This document shows, one piece after another, positions 12,929 to 23,760 of a stretch of DNA of 64,000 nt. Under the pieces are notes generated by a model that had not been told where the DNA came from, did no database searches, and worked only from the letters and a program-made list of their open reading frames with translations. Made by a program: the position numbers and the translations under genes. The DNA is from Callorhinchus milii (Eukaryota). Position 1 is the first letter of the stretch. Each line of letters opens with the position of its first letter. The stretch covers positions 23,128,001-23,192,000 of the forward strand of contig NW_024704742.1 of the NCBI RefSeq assembly GCF_018977255.1, written 5' to 3'.

Positions 12929-14029
12929 CTCTCCTTTTCTGTCTCTCTTGTTTTAAATCATCCACACCAAAGAGGGGTCGGAGCTTGGGCTGGTATTTTG
13001 TTGTTGTTGTTGTTGTTGTTGTTGCAGGCAGCGGAATCAACCCTCAGTTCCCTGTCTGCCCCATCAGCAGCGATGTAGGACGTGGGGAAAGGCTACTTCC
13101 CCCCCCACCCCCACCCCCCCCCCCTCCCTCCCTCCCTCCATCCCACTCACCCACCCACACACCTATCTCCCCACACACTGCCTCACCTCCTCCACCTTCT
13201 CTCCTCCTTCCTCCTCCTGTATCCCGACATCTGGAGCAAAAAAAACAGACAGACAGAGAGAGAGAGAGAGAAAGAGAGAGACACCTCGCCCTTGGAGAGA
13301 GATCAGGACAAGCTGCTGGTCCAGTCCAATCCATCCTCATCTCATCCATCCCCATCCCCATCCACCCATCCATCCGTCCATCGTTCGTTGCTGTCCTTAT
13401 TCCCCCCCAAAAAAATATATAGACGTTTGCAGTTTATCTCCTGGGGTTTGTGATGGGATCGCCACAGTGACCTTGTGTGGGGTGATTTGAGGGGACGAGA
13501 AGGAAGGAAAGGAAGGTGCAGAGCTTTTTTTTTTCTCTTTCTCTCTCTCTCTCTCTCTCTGCACAAAAAAAAATACCCCTGAGGTTGCAAAACCAGGAGA
13601 TGCTTCTGCATTTTCCTGCAGCTTAAACAACAAAAAGATCATAAGAGTGGCGTTTTTTTTTCTAAAGGAGAAGGAAAAATATATATTCTTTTTATTTTGC
13701 AACATTTATTTTTGGAGTCTCTCTCTCTCTCTCTGTCTCTCTCTCTCTCTCTCTCCCTCCCTCCCCGTTCCTGCAGAATATCCGGGGGTTGGTTTTATTT
13801 GATTTTTTGTTGTTGTTGTTGCTTGCTTTGTTTTTATTTATTGCTCGAATCTCTCCCTGCAGAACAGCGGGCGTTTATTATTATTATTATTATTAGTTTT
13901 ATTTTGATTTATTTGAATTATTTCTCTGAATCTCTCCCTGCAAAGTCACTGGGCTTATTATTATATATATCTATATCTATATATATATATATTTGCCCGC
14001 CTGCTCCGCGACATTGCCAATCATTGCCA

Positions 14030-14474
14030 ATGTCCCACGACCGCAGCATTGAGCTGGAGCACTTTGAGGAGAGAAGCCGGAGTCACCGCGCTTCCCGGGG
14101 TGGAGGAGGCGCTGGTGGAGGTGGAGGAGGAGGAGGAGGTGGTGGTGGTGGAGGAGGAGGAGGGTCAAGCTACAGAGGCAATGGCATCCCCAGCCCCGCA
14201 CACAGTGCTCACTGCAGCTTCTACCGCACCCGCACCTTGCAGGCGCTCAGCCAGGAGAAGAAAGCCAAGAAAGTGCGCTTCTACAGGAACGGGGACCGCT
14301 ACTTCAAGGGGCTGGTGTTCGCCGTCTCCCAGGACAGGTTCAGGTCGTTCGACGCTCTGCTGGTGGAGCTGACCAAATCCCTGTCGGATAATGTCAGCCT
14401 GCCCCAAGGGGTCAGGATCATCCACACCATCGATGGCGCCAAAAGGATTACCAGCCTGGACGAGCTGCTGGAAG
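14030..14474 (+). CDS. DCLK2: Doublecortin-like kinase (DCLK2-like), first coding exon: N-terminus and DCX domain 1
   Basis: ATG at 14030 gives [15 protein letters not shown]...[80 protein letters not shown]...[32 protein letters not shown] and KGLVFA are DCLK2-type rather than DCLK1/DCX. Ends at donor G|GTAAGC (14475), phase 1, 445 nt. Confidence 0.93.
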
Positions 14475-14552
14475 GTAAGCCGGGAGCTCATGGGGGAATT
14501 AGAGGCATTGGGGAGTTGGAACCATTGGGGAGTTGGATCTGTTGCTTTTCTT

Positions 14553-14850
14553 TAGGGTGTCTTGACATATAGGGAAACCCATCACCACCCTTTAGAGTAT
14601 CCAAACTGAGAATTCCAGGCATCCCACCTACACGTGGAAATCCCAGACATAAATTGTTGGAATAGAATGGGCTCTCTGTCTCCCTTGAGGAATGCATCTT
14701 GCTTACCTAATTCCAGAAAGTATTAGGCGCAGGTTGGTAAGAGCCAGCCCCAGTGTGTGTGTTGGGGTACTGCTGGAGTCTAACCAGCTAAAACCACATA
14801 GCTTGCCATTGATATCTGTGTCTGGCAAGCTTTCCTGCTGCTTGTCATTT
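14553..14850 (+). repeat. Unclassified dispersed repeat, copy 1
   Basis: ggaaacccatcacca...catcccacctacacgtggaaa...ctggagtctaaccagctaaaa...tggcaagctttcctgctgcttg recurs at 41.3, 42.8, 58.4 and 60.5 kb. Orientation is arbitrary. Confidence 0.85.
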
Positions 14851-15019
14851 CCTGGAATAAGGAATAGCCTGATTTGGAAACTCCACTGGATTACTCCATG
14901 TTGGGTTTTAGCAGATCTCTTAAATTTCTCTTATTCTTCACCTCTTCCATGTCTTCTGAAAACGGGGTACGATTGCACTGATTCCATCAATCCTCTGCGA
15001 CTGAATGGTCACTCAACCC

Positions 15020-15173
15020 AAAACTGTTTGTTGGACACTGCTGTGCGCAATTGACTGTCTCGTTTTGCCCATAAATACACAGCCAATCCACTTTACAATA
15101 TATTTTGTGAAAGCGCTTTGAGACGTCTCAACCACGTGATAAGGCGCTATATCAAATGCAAGGATTATTATTA
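15020..15173 (+). mobile_element. SINE 3' fragment
   Basis: gctgtgcgcaattg...aagcgctttgagacgtc...aaatgcaagga(tta)n. Confidence 0.8.
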
Positions 15174-16176
15174 TAAATTGTGCCCAGAGCTTGAGGCTGA
15201 ACTTCAATTGCATTGCACCTTCAGGGAAAAGTAATGTTAAAAGCACAGGGCCAGTATTATTGGCAAGAACAATGCATTTCTGCATTCAACGGTTCTGTGA
15301 TTAAAGCCTGCTTTCCGGCTTTAGGTGTGTTGACAAGTTTTATTTAGTGCAGTGCTTGCAGTAAATTAACCTGTCGGAAGTGCCTAGGAATAAAGAATTG
15401 TAATTGAATTGGTTTGAAAGTTAATGAAAACCATAAAGTAAGAATCCTAGTATTTTTCTCAGCAGTTTAATGTTTATGTACATAACCAGTCAAGTAATGG
15501 ATGCTTGTCACCCATTGGGGAATTTGGGAACTAAATTTTTCTTTTGAAATGTAGGATAGCTTGAATTTGGAAACTCCACTGGACTACACTATGTTGGGTT
15601 TTAGCAGGAGATTTTTTTGTGTCAAGTTTATCTTATTCTTCACCTCCTACTTGCCTTCTAAAAATGGGGTTACAGTTTCACAGGTAACGTCATTCCTCCC
15701 CCCCCGGTACCTCACCCAAAAAACATCTTTCATGTGTGAGCCTAGACTATATTGAGTGCAAAAAAACACCATTTCAACCATCCAGGGACTCACAGCCAAG
15801 CTGAATCCTGTCCTCATCCAATGTCCACATCCACGCATTCTCTAGATGGGGTTCAGGAGTGGGATTTCATTTGCCTTTGCCAAGGGTACTGGCAATTACA
15901 GTGCTCCAACTACTGACCCTGCTGATATCAGGCAACAAGGGAAGATATGGGAGGGATGGGGGTTGGTGGTGGGGGGAGGTGTGCTTGGGTGAGAACTTTA
16001 ATGGTTTAATGGTTTTCCATTTTCTAATTTAGCTTTCCTTGTAGACTTTGCACTTTTATCTGAAAAGTGCAAAGTTTAGGAATAGACACATGAATGAGAG
16101 AGAAGGGATACCTTATTCCTGTCTCCTATAGAGGGGTATTGGAGAGGGAAATGAGATTGGGTGCGGCTCACAAAAT

Positions 16177-16464
16177 ATAATAATAATCCTTGCATTTGAT
16201 ATAGCGCTTTACACGTCTTTGAGATGTCTCAAAACTCTTCATAGGATATATTGTAAAGTGAATTGACTGTATATTTGTGGGCGAAACGTGGCAGCCAATT
16301 GCGCACAGCAGTGTCCCACAAACAGCCGTGGATTGAGTGACCAAATTATTATTATTTTTTTCTTAAGGGATTATTATCAGGTGTGTGGAGTAAGGAAACT
16401 TGCCCAAGGATTCGCCCTGCCGGAGATCGAACCCAGGTTTCTTGCTTGGGAGGCGAGTGCTCTA
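16177..16464 (-). mobile_element. tRNA-derived SINE, slightly 5'-truncated
   Basis: Reverse complement has B box ggttcgatctcc, ttgggcaagtttccttactccacac and the tail. Confidence 0.88.
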
Positions 16465-16974
16465 TGCGAGTGCACTTGAAGTATAAACAGGAGCACGGAC
16501 TAGTTGGACTAAATGGTCTGTTTCCGAACCTTATCAATCAATGCAACTATGTAAGCAGTGGCATCAGGACATGGATGAATGCAGATTCTTCCACTTAAAA
16601 AATATGAGGAAATGCTCCAAGATGCTTATAATAACTTTTGAAAAAAGAGAAAAGATTAACAACTTTACTATTGTAATAGCTATTTATATATGAATCACAA
16701 TAATCTTGAAATCAAATATAGATTTATTTTACCTACAGTGTGGGCTTCTTAAGTAAGAGACTTAGGATGCAAATCTCCTCGTGCTCTGCAGCAGCAGAGC
16801 TGATCATGCATCTCATCAAAGTGACTGGAGAAATGTCTTCTCACACTTAAATTACCTTAACATCAAGTGTTCCTCCCAGGACTCTTGACCATTCATTAAC
16901 AATTCTTGATAATTGATTTATAAGTTAAATGTGTCAGTTGTCTAGATTCTGGATCAGAGTTAGCATTTATTGTT

Positions 16975-17370
16975 GTCAGCCTAGCTCATTCAGCGGCTCT
17001 CTTGCTCCTGGAGTCCTAATGTCAGGCAGAAGATTATGCGTTCAAGCCCCACTTTGTTATTTCAGCTCAGGCTGATTCTGCAGCACAGTAGTAGGGGAGC
17101 TCTGTATTGTTGGATGTGCCATACATTGGATCAGATATTTAAACCAAGATCTATTCTGTTGCAGGTGGACACTAAAAATCTCATGATACAACTCTGAAAG
17201 CTTTTTACTGTGTCCTGGCCAACAATCCTCCATAAAATTGGTCTATCATTTCATGGTTGTGAGATCTTGTCATTTGCAAAATGACTGGCAAGATTGCCTC
17301 CAAAAAAGTCACTTAATTATTGTAAGGAGCTTCAAGATATATCAATGCATAAAACGTTATGAATATGCAA
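16975..17370 (+). mobile_element. Old Deu-domain SINE
   Basis: Head gttcaagccccact, core ggatgtgccatacattggatcagatatttaaaccaag...gtcctggccaac. Confidence 0.65.
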
Positions 17371-17407
17371 GTTCAGCTCAGAGCCCAAACTCTGCTTTTC
17401 ATCATTC

Positions 17408-17737
17408 GTGGAGTCCTGTAGCTCAGTGGTTAGAGCACTCGCCTTGCAAGCGAGAGACCTGAGTTCAATTCCAGGCAGAGGGCGAAACCTTGGGCAAGTT
17501 TCCTTACTCCACACAGAGCCTAATAATAATCCCTCCAAAAACCAAAAACAATAATAAATTGGTCATTTTCAATCTACGACTGTTTGTGGGACATTGCTGT
17601 GCGCAATTGGCTGCCGTGTTCGCCCACAAAAAATATACAGTCAATTCACTTTACAGTGTGTTCTGTGAAGCGCTTTGGGATGTCCTCCTGACATGAAAAG
17701 CGCTATATCAAATGCAAGGATTATTATTATTATTATT
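17408..17737 (+). mobile_element. Full-length young tRNA-derived SINE, short-middle subfamily
   Basis: gtggagtcctgtagctcagtggttagagcactcgccttgcaagcgagagacctgagttcaattcc; near-identical to the copies at 42253 and 48193. Confidence 0.93.
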
Positions 17738-17974
17738 TTAACCACAGAGAGTCTCTGACTAATTGAGAAGCTGTCACAGAGACTTCCTTTATCCAATATA
17801 AAAATCCCCAAGACAGAGATTTTCTTTGTGATTGGTAATTCTTCTTCACTGCACAGTCTGCATTCTAGCAGGTAAAAGATAAAATGATCCTGCAATGGGA
17901 AGATGGTAGGATCGGCCGGTTTACCCTTTCTTTGGGTTAGAAACGGACACTTTCAGCGCAGAAGGAGTCAGGCG

Positions 17975-18330
17975 GGGGATTCAGTGACTAGAGGACATAG
18001 ATATAAGATAGTCACAAGAAGAATGAAAGGTGAGTTTAGAAGAAATCTTTTCACTCAGAGAGTTGTTGGGATGTGGTTTGCCTTGACAAGTAAGGTGGTA
18101 GAGGCAGAGTGCATTGTGGATTTCAAGAGTGACTTAGACAGATATATAATAGATAAAGGCTTGAAGAAGTATGGGGAGAGGGTAGGCCAGTGGGAATGAA
18201 TGGATAACTTAAAAGATAAATTGATCCTGCAATGGGATGATAGTAGATTAAGCAGGTCAGATTGGATGAGAGCCTGTGCAGACTCAATGGGCCGAGTGGC
18301 CTCCTGCACTGTAAATTTCTTCACCTGAAC
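17975..18330 (+). mobile_element. CR1 LINE 3' end
   Basis: TRGHRYKIV...RRNLFTQRVVGMWFAL..KVVEA..FKSDLD, with 3'UTR atgggccgagtggcctcct. Confidence 0.85.
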
Positions 18331-18503
18331 CACTCTTATGATCTCATAATTAGGTCTAACTTGTTCAGTCAGAGCAGAATTTATCGGTTTGACAATTAAT
18401 TAATTAATAACATAAGCGCTGACACACAGTGATCTAAAGCTACCGCTTACAAACATTAGTCTGCGTGTTTATCACAAGTATGCATTGGCTGACATGCAAG
18501 AAA

Positions 18504-19658
18504 ACGACAACAAAATTACATTTATAGAGCGCCTTTCACATCGGGAGGACGTCCCAAAGTGCTGAACAGTCAGCTGTCGGGGACCGAGCATGGGGGAGGG
18601 ATGGTGTAGGGATGAGGGAAGGCAGAGAGGTGGGAGGGAGACTGAAGGCACGATCGAAGAGAAGGGGTCTTGAGACCGGCCTTGAAGGATGCGAGGGAGG
18701 AAGCGAGGCGAAGGGACCGTGGGATGGAGTTCCAGAGTGTGGGGGCAGAGAGGCTGAAAGCCCGGCCACCGATGGTAGGGCGGGTCAGTAGACATGGAGT
18801 AGGCCGGCGTCTGATGAACGGAGGGAGCGGGCAGGTTGGTAGGGAGTCAGCAGGTCAGAGAGGTAGGAGGGGACAAGGCCATGGATGGCCTTAAAGGTGA
18901 GGACGAGGATTTTGAACTCGATCCTCTGGGGGATGGGGAGCTAGTGAAGTTGGGCGAGGGTGGGAGTGATGGGGTCGGAGCCTGGTACGTGAGAGCACAC
19001 GAGCTGCAGAGTTTTGGATGATCTGCAGCTTGTGAAGGGAAGCGTTCGAAAGTCCGATGAGAAGGGAGTTCCTGTAATCAAGCCTTGAGGTGATGAATGC
19101 GTGGATGAGGGTTTCAGCAGACTGAGTAGTGAAGCGGTGGCAGAGTCTGGCAATGTTGGTGGTGGTAGACAGTGCCGGTCATGGCGCAGATGTGGGGGAG
19201 AAAGGACAGTTCAGGGTCAAACAAGACACCCAGGTTCCTGACTGGCTTAGTGCGGTTGAGTGTGTAGCCATGGAGGCTGATGCTGTCAGCGCCTGAGGTG
19301 CGGAGGCGCTGGTGTGAACCAATTAGGTCTTGGTGACGTTGAGTTGGAGAAAGTTGGCCCTCATCAAGAACTTGATGTCGGACAGGCAGTCGGTCAGGAC
19401 CTCAGAGGTCCTGGAGTTCAGGGTGGAGGCAGAGAGATAGAGTTGGGTGTCATCCACATACATGTAGAAATTTATCCCATGTCTGCGGATGACATCACCA
19501 AGGGGGAGCATGTCGAGGATGAAGAGGAGGGGACCGAGGACAGAGCCCTGAGGAACACCGCACGAGACAGTGCGGGGGCTGGAGGAGAAATCGTTTACCG
19601 CAACGAAGAGGAGGTGGTGTGAAAGGTAGGACCTGAACCAGTCAAGAACAGAACCTTG
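18504..19658 (-). mobile_element. L2 LINE 3' portion (RT C-terminal half and tail)
   Basis: MLPLGDVIRRHGINFYMYVDDTQLYLS (YADD motif), GVPQGSVLGP, L2 tail. Confidence 0.92.
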
Positions 19659-19689
19659 ACAGAATAAAAAGATTGAACATGCTGTTATT

Positions 19690-20180
19690 CATTACTGTGG
19701 GGCTATTGAAGGTCAATCAATGGGATCATTGAAAAAGGGACAGGATAAGTAACTGATCAGTAAAAACATGAAGGGATATGGGAAAAGAGATGGAAAGTGG
19801 GGTATACAAGCTCAGTAATATAGGTAGCAATGGCAAAGACACGATGGTTGAAAGGCCAACTTCTGTACTAAAGATTTCTATCATTCTATTCTATTCTTTC
19901 TTTCTTTCTATTCTAGTACAAGATACTAATAGGGGTGTACAACATTTTGAGAGGTTTGACATGATGAAAAGGGAGAATCTATTTACAGTGGTAGGAAGTC
20001 AGTGACTAGGGGACATAGTGAAGATAGTCAGAAGAAGAGCAAAAAGAGGGCTTAGGAGAAATGTTTTTATTCAGAGATTTGTTGGGACGTGGAATGCCTT
20101 GCCAAGTAAGGTGATACAGCCAGAGTCCATTGTGGGTTTCAGGAGAGATGTAAACAGACATATTAAGGATTTGTCTAGGT
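19690..20180 (+). mobile_element. Two CR1 3' fragments
   Basis: 3'UTR ending in (ATTCT)n at ~19900, then TRGH..KIVRRRAKRGLRRNVFIQRFVGTWNALPSKVI. Confidence 0.75.
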
Positions 20181-20654
20181 TTACACATAAAGAATGGCCT
20201 TCTATTAAGTTACAGGAGGATTGATGCCACCCATGGAACAATGTGCCAGCAGTGATCAGCACCTTCCAAGAGAGAAAAAAGTAATAAAATTGGAGGCAAA
20301 AAGGCACTCTGAATTGAACAATGTTTTTCATCGCTGTCAACGGGCTGGACTAGCATAGAGTTTTAGCAAATGGGTTTCATTCGACATTTTCTCACATGCT
20401 GAGTTGACATTCTTGAGCCACCTTGTTTGAGGAGATGTCACACATTTCCTGGTGTCAGAGCACTGAGCTTTGGGCATCTATTTGTTTTCTTGGCCAGGAA
20501 TAGAACATTCATTATTCCTGTTAAATCCAAGTACTATTGTAGAAAGATGTGCAAAAGCCAGCTGAGCGAATGTGGTGGACCGTTGGTTGAGCAAAATTTA
20601 GTACATATTTTTGGATTGACTGTGACTCGTGTGAAATTACAATAATCTTGATTT

Positions 20655-21010
20655 ACAAAGGTTGTGGGTTCAAGTCCCACATTGGATCTTTGAACTTATA
20701 GTTTAGGGTGATGTTCCCAATGCAGTCCTAGGGAGTCTGCTGCATTGTTGGGATGCCATCAATCAGAGGAGATGTTAAACAAAGGCCTCATCTGCTTGTT
20801 CATGTGCACGTTAAAGATCTCTTGGGACTACCCAAAAAAAGAAGGGAGTTTCTCCTGACATCTTGGCCAACAATTTCCCCAAATAAAACTTGTCATTCAC
20901 TCCTTGTGTGTAAATTGGCTGTTATGTTCGCTTATAAATACAGCAAGGTGCTTATAGACATTTTGATGCTATAATTAGGCAGTATATCTAATGCAAGCAT
21001 TGTTATTATA
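20655..21010 (+). mobile_element. Old Deu-domain SINE
   Basis: ggttgtgggttcaagtcccac head; gatgccatc...gagatgttaaac...aaagatctcttggg core. Confidence 0.7.
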
Positions 21011-21199
21011 TTAATTTATCCATGGATATCCTCAATCTACAAGGTGCTAATGTTAAACTGTAGCTTCAGTGGACTGTGACTCATGTGAAATTACAGTAAT
21101 CAGATGTCAACACTTTGTTTCTGTGGTTGAAGAGAGATATCTAGAAAATAAAAATATGTGCTATCAAATTATCAAATTCTGCTCACACTGCACTCCACG

Positions 21200-21501
21200 A
21201 TCCACTGCCTTGGCTCAGCTGGTTTGGGTCTTCTGCAAGGTCCCTCGTACCCTCGTACCCTCCAATCCACAATTGGCGGCCGTGCTTGCAGTCACAATGC
21301 CCCAAATCTCTGGAGATCCTTGCCTCAATCCCTCTGTTTTGTCCCCCCTTTGATCATCTTCAAATCACACCTGAAAATTTGCCTCTTTGACTCTGCCTTC
21401 GGTACTTCCCCTCACATTCCAGCGTGGCATCAAACCATACTCCTGTCAAGTGCTCCAAGACACTAGCTGTGTGAAGGGCACTATATAAATGCAAGTTGTT
21501 G
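21200..21501 (+). mobile_element. Degenerate L2 3' end
   Basis: STIGGRACSHNAPNLWRSLPQSL..FKSHLK, with tail. Confidence 0.7.
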
Positions 21502-21829
21502 TAAAGTGTTGTAAATTAAAATGGGGTCCATTTTACACCAGGAATACAGTATTGTATTTACCTTAAGGAGCCCGAGAGGAACTTCTTGTTCGACTCTCAA
21601 ACGTTCTTCATGCCCTACGTCTGGGCTTTTGCTTGCTCAGCTTTCCCTCATTTCCACACCATCATTTGTCTTTTTGTACAAATGAAGCGTATCGATTTAG
21701 CATAAGATTTATGGAGAGGAAAAGCATTTAGGTATGATTACTAGTGATTAGGAGACAACGCAAAGTTCCTGCAACAGAGCTGATCAAATGCTAGTTTCTT
21801 ACTTGAGGTCACAAGGTTACAAGAGAGGT

Positions 21830-22360
21830 TTGGATGAAGCCCATTTGATCTCAATAATCCCAGATACCCACCTTCCTATCACAGAATCTATTTATAAGTG
21901 CCCTGGCCTCAACAACCCTTCCTGGCAAACTATTCCAGCTGTTAGTTAACCTCAGGGCAAATTAATACTTCTTGGTGTCTAGCCAGAAATTGCTTTTTCT
22001 AACATTAAACCTATGTCCCTTTGTTCTGTTGTTTTGGTACATCTGAAAGTATCGTTAAGGGTTTATTTTCACAATTTCATTTAAAATCTTGTATACATCT
22101 ATAAGGTCCCCTCTGAGATGTCTTCTTTCAAGACTGAAGAGCCCTAGCTTGCCTATTCATAGCTCATTCCTCTAGCACTGGGGATCATCCTCGCTTCTCT
22201 GCACTGCCTCTAAGGCCTGGGAGCCCTTTTATGTTCGATCGACCAGAACAGTTCCCAGTATTCTAGGTCTGAGTATAACTTCTAGTGAAATGAACTCAAC
22301 TCATTGCTGGCAGTATATAGTCCAACATCCTGTTTGTCTTGTGTATTGCTGCCTCACACT
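21830..22360 (-). mobile_element. Degenerate CR1 3' portion
   Basis: Reverse complement reads LGLFSLERRHLRGDLIDVYKIL...TKGHRF. Confidence 0.75.
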
Positions 22361-22369
22361 GTTTTGACC

Positions 22370-23125
22370 TATTCACCAAGTCAGTCAGAAACCTGGGCGT
22401 CTTGTTCGACCCTCAACTGTCCTTTCTCCTCCATATCCGTGCCATGACCCGCTCTGCCTTCCCCCACCTCTGCAACATTGCCCGACTCCGCCACTGCCTC
22501 ACCACTCGGGTCGCGAAACCCTCATACACGCACTCGTCATCTCAAGGCTCGACTACGGAAACTCCCTCCTTGTCGGCCTCCCCAACTCTTCCCTCCACAA
22601 ACTGCAGATAATCCAGAACTCTGCAGCTTGTGTCCTCTCTCGCACCAGGCTCCATAACCCCATCACCCCGACCCTCGCCCGGCTCCACTGGCTCCCCATC
22701 CCTCAGAGAATAGAATTCAAAATCGTTGTCCTCACTTTCAAGGTACTCTTCGACATTGCCCCTTCCTACCTCTCTGACCTGCTAACCACCTAGCAGCCTA
22801 TCTGCTGCCTCTGGCTCGGCCTGTTCCATATCTCCCACCCGAACCGCCTTACCATCGGAGGCCGGGCTTTCAGCCTCTCTGCCCTCATCCTTTGTAACTC
22901 CATCCCACAATCCCTTCCCTTTGCTCCCTCCCTTGCCTTCTTCTAGGCATGACTGAAGGTCCTCCTTTTCGACCATGCCTTCAGCTGCCCTCCTACCTCT
23001 CTGCCCTCCCGCATCCTAACCCTGACCCCCATGGTTAGATCCTGATCCCCGACTGTTTAGCACCTTGGGATGTCCTCCCAATGTGAAAGCCGCTTTACAA
23101 ATGTAATTTTGTTGTTCTTGTTGTT
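22370..23125 (+). mobile_element. L2 LINE 3' portion
   Basis: SVRNLGVLFDPQLSF..HLCNIARLRHCL..LQIIQNSAA, with tail. Confidence 0.9.
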
Positions 23126-23399
23126 GACCTGTTGAGCTTGACTATAAGTTGAAGGAAGGTGATCTGCATAGATCTGAGCGAGGCCCTATTTGGAATAATG
23201 TGGTTGAACAAACACGACTGCTGAAAACTTTACTGATACCTCGCTGCCAGATAGATTATCTCCAGACGATGTCCCTTTTCTCAACAAGGAATCCCCAGTA
23301 CATCCTTTCTAATCACGAGACATCAGATCCGATGTGAAATCTCATCAGAACGAAGCCTCGGGATACCCTGCTGATAATGGAGTTTATGTCAGAACATGT

Positions 23400-23760
23400 T
23401 TTATCTGGTCGTGAGGAATCATTAACATTATCGCTTTCAGCATTTCTGAATTCCATGATGTGCATTTGGGACACTCTATTTTCAAAAGGACATTGATGCA
23501 TTGAAGAAGTCGCTGAGAAGGAAAACAAGAACGATTCCAAAGTGCCTAATTCTAAAGTGTGAGGAGAGGCTGTCAGAGCTGAATTTGTTCTGTTTGAAAA
23601 CATAAGGGTGACAAGATCCAGGTCTTTAATTTGGTAAACAACATGGGGGTGTAATCAGGCTACTTGAAATGGACTGTGACAGCAGAACTGGTAGGGAATG
23701 AGTTCAAAATGATAAAGCCACTGATGTTATTTCCTGCAAAATAAAACGTGAGCAGCACTT
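23400..23760 (+). mobile_element. Highly degenerate CR1 RT C-terminus
   Basis: Remnants of YFQKDIDALEEV and EERLSELNLFCL. Confidence 0.55.

Larger units (their letters stand above)
12190..14029 (+). promoter_or_regulatory. Putative promoter / 5'UTR region of DCLK2, rich in simple repeats
   Basis: About 1.8 kb with no recognisable TE directly upstream of the ATG. Contains (GCT)n, (GAA)n, (GT)n, (CT)n, (TTG)n, (TTA)n, (AT)n and C-rich tracts. The TSS cannot be located from sequence. Confidence 0.5.

Noticed and set aside
12573..13705. Long overlapping ORFs (up to 257 aa) upstream of DCLK2
   Set aside because: They are translations of microsatellites (SLSL, PPP, ERER), open only because the repeats lack stop codons.
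13697..14029. N-terminal extension of the 291-aa ORF
   Set aside because: It starts at a non-ATG codon and is low-complexity. Homology begins at ATG 14030.
14475..14572. Read-through of exon 1 to the stop at 14572
   Set aside because: There is a canonical donor at 14475 and an in-frame exon 2. Nothing supports intron retention.
17408..17485. tRNA gene (Ala-like, TGC), also at 42253, 48193, 4503 and 61775
   Set aside because: These are SINE heads. They lack a proper acceptor stem and continue into the SINE body and tail.
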